Shown: piece after piece, positions 58,913 to 64,000 of the stretch | How the letters are laid out: each line of letters starts with the position of its first letter | How positions within the stretch are numbered: position 1 is the stretch's first letter | Assembly (NCBI GenBank): GCA_963677595.1 | Contig: OY782041.1 | Location: 32,001-96,000 of the forward strand | DNA from: Spirochaetia bacterium | Lineage (GTDB): Bacteria > Spirochaetota > Spirochaetia > CAKZLE01 | Length of the DNA: 64,000 nucleotides | Direction: 5' to 3' | Translations under genes and position numbers: made by a program | Notes under the pieces: model-generated | Database searches by the model: none | What the model saw: the letters and a program-made list of their open reading frames with translations, nothing else | Told to the model about the DNA's origin: nothing

Positions 58913-61573
58913 CTACACATTCTGGAGCATCTGCAGGTGCGCAGCTATCTTATCGAGATGGTCGGTGAACTCCTTCAGCTTGCTCTTCTCCTTCTCGATG
59001 ACAGCCTCAGGGGCATTCGACAGGAAGTTCTCGTTGGCGAGTTTCTTCTCCACCCCGATCCGCTGCTTCTCCAGCTTCCCTGCTTCCTTCTCCAGCTTCG
59101 CGATCTCCTTCGGTATGTCGATGGCATCACGGACGAAGACGAAAGCCTCGAACCCTGCACCGGCAACCGGCACGCTGTCGGTGAGGTCGAACTCACCGGT
59201 ACCGATCGTCACCTCCGAAGCGTTGACGAACTGCCTGATCATAGCCTCCTGTCCCTTCACATAGGATGAGACCTCATCTTCACCTTCCAGCCTCACGATG
59301 ACGCGCACCCGTTTCTCCGGCGGGAGCGAGAACTCGCTGCGAAGGGTCCTGACGCTCCTGATGACATCCTGGAGCATGGCAAACCGCTTCTCTGAGAGTT
59401 CATATACCCGCTTCTCCGTGTATCGGGGGTAATCAGCGCTGATCACATAACCTTCGGTATTCGGCAGCTTCTGGTAGATCTCCTCGGTGATGAAGGAGAC
59501 GAAGGGATGCAGCAGCCGCATAGCCTCGGCAAGCACGTCGAGCAGGAGGGAGAGCGCACGGCTCTGTTCAGCGGGGTCCTCGCTGTAGAGCGACCCCTTG
59601 GATGCCTCGATGTACCAGTCGCAGTAGTCGTTCCAGAAGAACTCGTAGACAGCCTGGGAGGCATCGTTGAAGCGGTAGACCTTCATGGCCTGCTCTACCT
59701 GCTTCGCGGCCTCGTTGAGCCGGTGGTAGATCCATCCGTCAAGGTCCCTGAGCTCGATCGTATCCACGGGAAGCAGCTCCTTCCCCTCGAGGTTCATCAG
59801 CAGGAACCTGGTCGCGTTCCAGATCTTGTTGGCGAACTTCGAGCCGAACTTGAAGGAGTCCATGTCTATGAGGATGTCCTGTCCCTGCGCTGCGAGGAAG
59901 CAGAGGGTGAACTTCATAGCATCGGCCCCGTAGAGGTCGACGACCTCGAGCGGGTCGATCCCGTTCCCGAGGGATTTGGACATCTTCCTCCCCTGCCGGT
60001 CACGGACCAAGCCGGTGATGTAGATATCACGGAAAGGGACCTCACCGAGGAACTCCATCGAGGACATGATCATCCTGGCGACCCAGAAGAAGATGATGTC
60101 GTACCCCGTGACCAGGGTGCTCGTCGGGAAGAAGTCCTTGAGGTCCTCGGTCTTCTCCGGCCAGCCCAAGGTCGAGAAGGGCCACAGCCAGGAGGAGAAC
60201 CAGGTGTCAAGCACATCCTCTTCCTGCCGGATGTTCGCGGACCCGCACTTCGTGCAGCTCTCGGGGTCTTCCCTGAGGACCATCATCTCCCCGCACTCCT
60301 CGCAGTACCAGACAGGGATCCGGTGTCCCCACCACAACTGGCGGCTGATGCACCAGTCCCTGATGTTCCGCATCCAGTGCGTATAGGTATTCTCCCACTT
60401 CCTGGGGTAGAAGATGATATCTCTCTTCTCCCAGGCCTCGAGGGCCATCTTGGCCATCGATTCCATCTTCACGAACCATTGGTCGGATAGATAGGGTTCT
60501 ATGACGGTATCGCAGCGGTAGCAGTGGCCTACCTGGTGGGTATGGTTCTCATCCTTGATGAAGAGTCCGAGGGCTTCCAGGTCCTTGACGACGAGCTTGC
60601 GCGCATCCTTGGCGGGAAGGCCCTGGTACTTCTCGGGGACATTGACGTTGAGCGTCCCGTCCGGGTTGAGGATGTTGATCCGCTCCAGGCTGTGCCGGTT
60701 CCCGATCTCCCAGTCGTTGGGATCGTGTGCCGGGGTGATCTTCACCATGCCGGTACCGAACTCCATGGAGACGTAGCTGTCAGCGATGATGGGGATCTGC
60801 CGGTCGGTCAGGGGCAGGTTCAGCAGCTTGCCGACGAGCCCCTCATACCGCTCATCCTGCGGGTTCACCGCGACCGCGACGTCCCCGAGCAGGGTCTCCG
60901 GCCTGGTGGTGGCGATCTCTATATGTCCTGACCCGTCAGCGAAGGGGTACCGTATGTGGTACATCTTCCCCGGGATCTCCTTATGCTCGACCTCATCGTC
61001 AGCCAGGGCCGTGCCGCAGTTCGGGCACCAGTTGACCAGGTAGTTCCCCTTGTAGACGAGTCCCCGCTCATAGAGGGAGACGAAGACCTCCCTGACCGCT
61101 GCGGAGAGCCCCTCGTCGAGGGTGAACCGCTCCCGCTCCCAGTCGCAGGAAGCCCCGATCTTCTCCAACTGCTTGGAGATGATCTCATGGTGGTTCTTCT
61201 TCACCTTCCAGGTCTCCTCGACGAAGGCCTCGCGTCCGAGCTCGTGACGGGAGGTACCCCTGGCTTTCAGCTGCCGTTCGACGACGTTCTGGGTGGCGAT
61301 CCCTGCATGGTCGGTCCCGGGGACCCAGAGGGTCGGCCGTCCGAGCATCCGGTTGTACCGGATGAGGATATCCTGCAGGGAGTTGTTGAGCCCATGTCCC
61401 ATATGGAGGACGCCGGTAACGTTCGGCGGGGGGATCACGATGACGAAGGGGTCCTTCCCCTCTGTCCGTTCTGACCGTTCAGGCCTGAAATACCCCTGCC
61501 CCTTCCATTCTGTATAGATCCTGTCCTCGAACTCCTTCGGGTCATAGGACTTTGCCAATTCTACAGCTTTCAT
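58913..61573 (-). CDS. valS: Valyl-tRNA synthetase
   Basis: PPPNVTGVLHMGH, DHAGIATQ, WCISRQLWWGHRIP, KMSKS, C-terminal coiled coil. Confidence 0.98.
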   Translation of the reverse strand: MKAVELAKSYDPKEFEDRIYTEWKGQGYFRPERSERTEGKDPFVIVIPPPNVTGVLHMGHGLNNSLQDILIRYNRMLGRPTLWVPGTDHAGIATQNVVERQLKARGTSRHELGREAFVEETWKVKKNHHEIISKQLEKIGASCDWERERFTLDEGLSAAVREVFVSLYERGLVYKGNYLVNWCPNCGTALADDEVEHKEIPGKMYHIRYPFADGSGHIEIATTRPETLLGDVAVAVNPQDERYEGLVGKLLNLPLTDRQIPIIADSYVSMEFGTGMVKITPAHDPNDWEIGNRHSLERINILNPDGTLNVNVPEKYQGLPAKDARKLVVKDLEALGLFIKDENHTHQVGHCYRCDTVIEPYLSDQWFVKMESMAKMALEAWEKRDIIFYPRKWENTYTHWMRNIRDWCISRQLWWGHRIPVWYCEECGEMMVLREDPESCTKCGSANIRQEEDVLDTWFSSWLWPFSTLGWPEKTEDLKDFFPTSTLVTGYDIIFFWVARMIMSSMEFLGEVPFRDIYITGLVRDRQGRKMSKSLGNGIDPLEVVDLYGADAMKFTLCFLAAQGQDILIDMDSFKFGSKFANKIWNATRFLLMNLEGKELLPVDTIELRDLDGWIYHRLNEAAKQVEQAMKVYRFNDASQAVYEFFWNDYCDWYIEASKGSLYSEDPAEQSRALSLLLDVLAEAMRLLHPFVSFITEEIYQKLPNTEGYVISADYPRYTEKRVYELSEKRFAMLQDVIRSVRTLRSEFSLPPEKRVRVIVRLEGEDEVSSYVKGQEAMIRQFVNASEVTIGTGEFDLTDSVPVAGAGFEAFVFVRDAIDIPKEIAKLEKEAGKLEKQRIGVEKKLANENFLSNAPEAVIEKEKSKLKEFTDHLDKIAAHLQMLQNV

Positions 61574-61737
61574 GCGTTACCTCTTCCTCATCCACAGTGG
61601 ACGATCATATGTTCCGGTCATAGTATCAAAATACAGGGTGAAATACAACAAGGCGCTGCCCGCGAATAGTTTCACAATCGTACGAAAACTGCTCCGTCCT
61701 GCCTTGCACCGCCAATTTGTTAGTCGTAAAATAGGGT

Positions 61738-62604
61738 ATGAAGAAAACGAACACGCAGTATTATGCCATCGTTACCAATGCAGAGACCGGGTACGGCAGG
61801 GAGCTTGCCCTCTCCCTGGCAAAACGCGGGTATGTGGTCCTGGTCACTGCACAGGATGAGGAGACCGGCAAGGCTCTTGCCGATGATATCGGGAGGAAGG
61901 CGAAGTCCCACTCAGTCACGAGCCATCCGCTCGACCTCTCCGACCAGAAGTCCATCAGGAAGTTCGCCGCTGACTTCCGGTATAACGTGAAGCAGCTCGA
62001 CCACCTCGTGTTCAATGATTCCCTCGACTACCTGACACTGAAGAAGCAGCAGTACACCGATGACAATATCGAGCGGAACTGGGCGGCCTACCATATGGGA
62101 CCGGTGGTCCTCACCGGGCTCCTGCTGCCGCTGCTCAAGGAATCCTCTGATGCACGGGTCATCATACCGGTACCCAGAGATGCCCTGAAGAACAGGAGGG
62201 AGAAGGTGCAGCTCGAGGACCCGGAGTTCAGGGACCATCACTATCATGGGTTGCCGGCATACCACCATGCGAAGCTCGCCCAGATATTCTTCCTGCGATA
62301 CCTCGCCACCCAGCTCAAGGAATCGGGCATCGCCGTCTGCGGGATCCTCTCCCCGCAGATGAAGATCCCCCGTTCGCAGCTGAAGCGGGTCCCGATGGGG
62401 ATCCGGATGAAGAACCGATTCTCCAAAAGCCCGACCAAGACGGCACATGCCGTGCTGACGAGCCTCACCTGCAAGAGAAAGCGTCTCCATTCAGGGGAAG
62501 TACTCGTTGACGGCAAGAGGCCATTGAAGCTCTCCTCCTACCTCAGCAATGCGGAAGTTACCGAGCAGGTCATGACCCTGACGAGGAAATATATCATCTC
62601 ATAG
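61738..62604 (+). CDS. Atypical SDR oxidoreductase (retinol dehydrogenase-like)
   Basis: TNAETGYG (degenerate TGxxxGxG), LDLSD, YHHAK catalytic motif. Confidence 0.75.
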   Translation: MKKTNTQYYAIVTNAETGYGRELALSLAKRGYVVLVTAQDEETGKALADDIGRKAKSHSVTSHPLDLSDQKSIRKFAADFRYNVKQLDHLVFNDSLDYLTLKKQQYTDDNIERNWAAYHMGPVVLTGLLLPLLKESSDARVIIPVPRDALKNRREKVQLEDPEFRDHHYHGLPAYHHAKLAQIFFLRYLATQLKESGIAVCGILSPQMKIPRSQLKRVPMGIRMKNRFSKSPTKTAHAVLTSLTCKRKRLHSGEVLVDGKRPLKLSSYLSNAEVTEQVMTLTRKYIIS

Positions 62605-62653
62605 AGGATCTGCTCTCTTTGACAACTCCCCCCTTCATGCTATGATGTGCCCC

Positions 62654-63922
62654 ATGAGAAGAAGACAGCTCATCCTCCTAGCCCTGCTGCTCCTGTGCAC
62701 CGTCTCGTTCAGCGTATCGGCAGCGGAGGAGAAGACCCGCGGAGAATACCTCACGATACGGCTCATGACCCTCGGGCAGGGCGATCCTGTATACCTCTGG
62801 TATGGCCATGTCGGACTGATCGTGGACGATGAGCTGACTGACCGTTCCTATATGTTCGACTTCGGCGTCTTCGACTTCATGAAAGACCACTTCTACCGGA
62901 ACTTCGCCTTCGGGAGACTCTACTACCAGGTGATCGCCTCATCAGCTGAGTCCCGGATCAGGCAGGCGGTGAACTCAGGACGGAACGTCTCGATGATCAC
63001 GCTCGACCTCCCGCCGGAGAACAGGCTCAGGCTCTTCGAGGCACTCGTCGACCACGTCCAGCCGGAGAACAGCACCTACCTCTACCACCACTACTACAAC
63101 AACTGCTCGACCAAGATCAGGGACATCCTAGACCTCGGGACCGACGGACAGTTGAAGGAATGGGCCCAGGCGATACCTTCTGCATACTCCTACCGGGAGC
63201 ATATCAGGAGGTACTCCGGGAACCACCTCTTCATCGATTTCGTCCTCAACTTCCTGCAGAGCGGGGTCATCGACGGCGAGACGACCCTCTGGGATGAGAT
63301 GTTCCTCCCCGACCGGATGGAGCGGGCCCTGCTGCAGTTCTCGTTTACGGATGGGGCCGGTGACAGCAGCCTGATCGCAACGGATCATGAGATCTTGGCG
63401 CAGGTTGCCGCCAGGCCGTCGGTCCCCGATACCTGGTCGCCGAAATGGCCTTCAGCCCTGATCGTGAGCCTTGCCGCCGGCCTCCTGGTCCTGCTACTCA
63501 AGGTAGTCTATGAGAGACGCCGCACGAAAGCCGCGCTTCGCATCCTCGGAGCTTTCCAAGCCGCTTACGGGCTCTTTGGCGGGGTTCTCGGATCGATCCT
63601 CTTCTTCATGATGTTCTTCTCGGACCATGACGTGACCTACGGGAACTGGAACATCATGCTGCTCAACCCCCTGATGCTCGTGATCGGGGTCTTGGGGGTG
63701 ATGATGCTGTTCTCGAAGAGGCCTGAACGGCACCTGCGGCTGATGGACCTGTTCTGGACCGTCGCAGCCCTGCTCGCTGCCGCCCTGCTGCTGCTCTTTG
63801 CGTTCTCCATCATCGGCCAGCGGAACCAGCTCTCGATCGCCATGATCGCACCACTGCATATCTGCTTCGGGATCTCCCGGTACATCGGGAAGGTCTCCGG
63901 CAGGAAGGAAACACGACCATGA
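62654..63922 (+). CDS. DUF4105 / Lnb-like membrane protein
   Basis: YGH, FDFG, YLYHHYYNNCSTKIRD, MFLP, four C-terminal TM segments. Confidence 0.82.
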   Translation: MRRRQLILLALLLLCTVSFSVSAAEEKTRGEYLTIRLMTLGQGDPVYLWYGHVGLIVDDELTDRSYMFDFGVFDFMKDHFYRNFAFGRLYYQVIASSAESRIRQAVNSGRNVSMITLDLPPENRLRLFEALVDHVQPENSTYLYHHYYNNCSTKIRDILDLGTDGQLKEWAQAIPSAYSYREHIRRYSGNHLFIDFVLNFLQSGVIDGETTLWDEMFLPDRMERALLQFSFTDGAGDSSLIATDHEILAQVAARPSVPDTWSPKWPSALIVSLAAGLLVLLLKVVYERRRTKAALRILGAFQAAYGLFGGVLGSILFFMMFFSDHDVTYGNWNIMLLNPLMLVIGVLGVMMLFSKRPERHLRLMDLFWTVAALLAAALLLLFAFSIIGQRNQLSIAMIAPLHICFGISRYIGKVSGRKETRP

Positions 63923-64000
63923 CAGAACGGGTCATCGTCCTGGGAGCAAGCCCGAAGCCGTGGAGGTATTCCTACCAGGCGATGGCACTCCTGCAGGAAT
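63919..64000 (+). CDS. CoA-binding protein, 5' part only
   Basis: MTERVIVLGASPKPWRYSYQAM. Confidence 0.7.
   Translation, partial: MTERVIVLGASPKPWRYSYQAMALLQE

Overview
Bacterial chromosomal window, mostly GC-rich, probably a free-living anaerobic spirochaete (Spirochaetales-style ValS N-terminus and long GlyA; this is inference). 0.3-14.5 kb is a complete cluster III/group II Mo-nitrogenase island on the minus strand: nifV-(sigma54 activator)-nifH-nifI1-nifI2-nifD-nifK-nifE-nifN-nifB-[2Fe-2S] ferredoxin-modABC. It has two clear sigma54 -24/-12 promoters. The activator resembles AnfA more than NifA, and both promoters carry TAC-N6-GTA palindromes rather than the NifA TGT-N10-ACA site; this is the strongest novel signal. 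14.7-25.5 kb is an accessory patchwork: GNATs, a Zn-ribbon protein, an orphan response regulator that needs a non-ATG start, a secreted 15-aa-repeat protein, a decayed lyxK/sgbU-type operon, a radical SAM protein, a GGDEF protein, an orphan VapB and an AAA-DUF4143 ATPase. 25.6-36 kb is a sugar locus (AraC, ABC transporter, GH151-like, CutC, M81). 36-43.8 kb holds metabolic genes plus NYN, Fic and a second AAA ATPase. 43.9-55.5 kb is a visibly AT-richer uronate island (LacI, ABC, GH31, CE15, uxuB-uxuA-uxaC). The end is core-like (glyA, Hc1-like, valS, SDR, Lnb-like). No rRNA, tRNA, CRISPR array or transposase was seen. All family calls come from motif recognition by eye; no database search was run.
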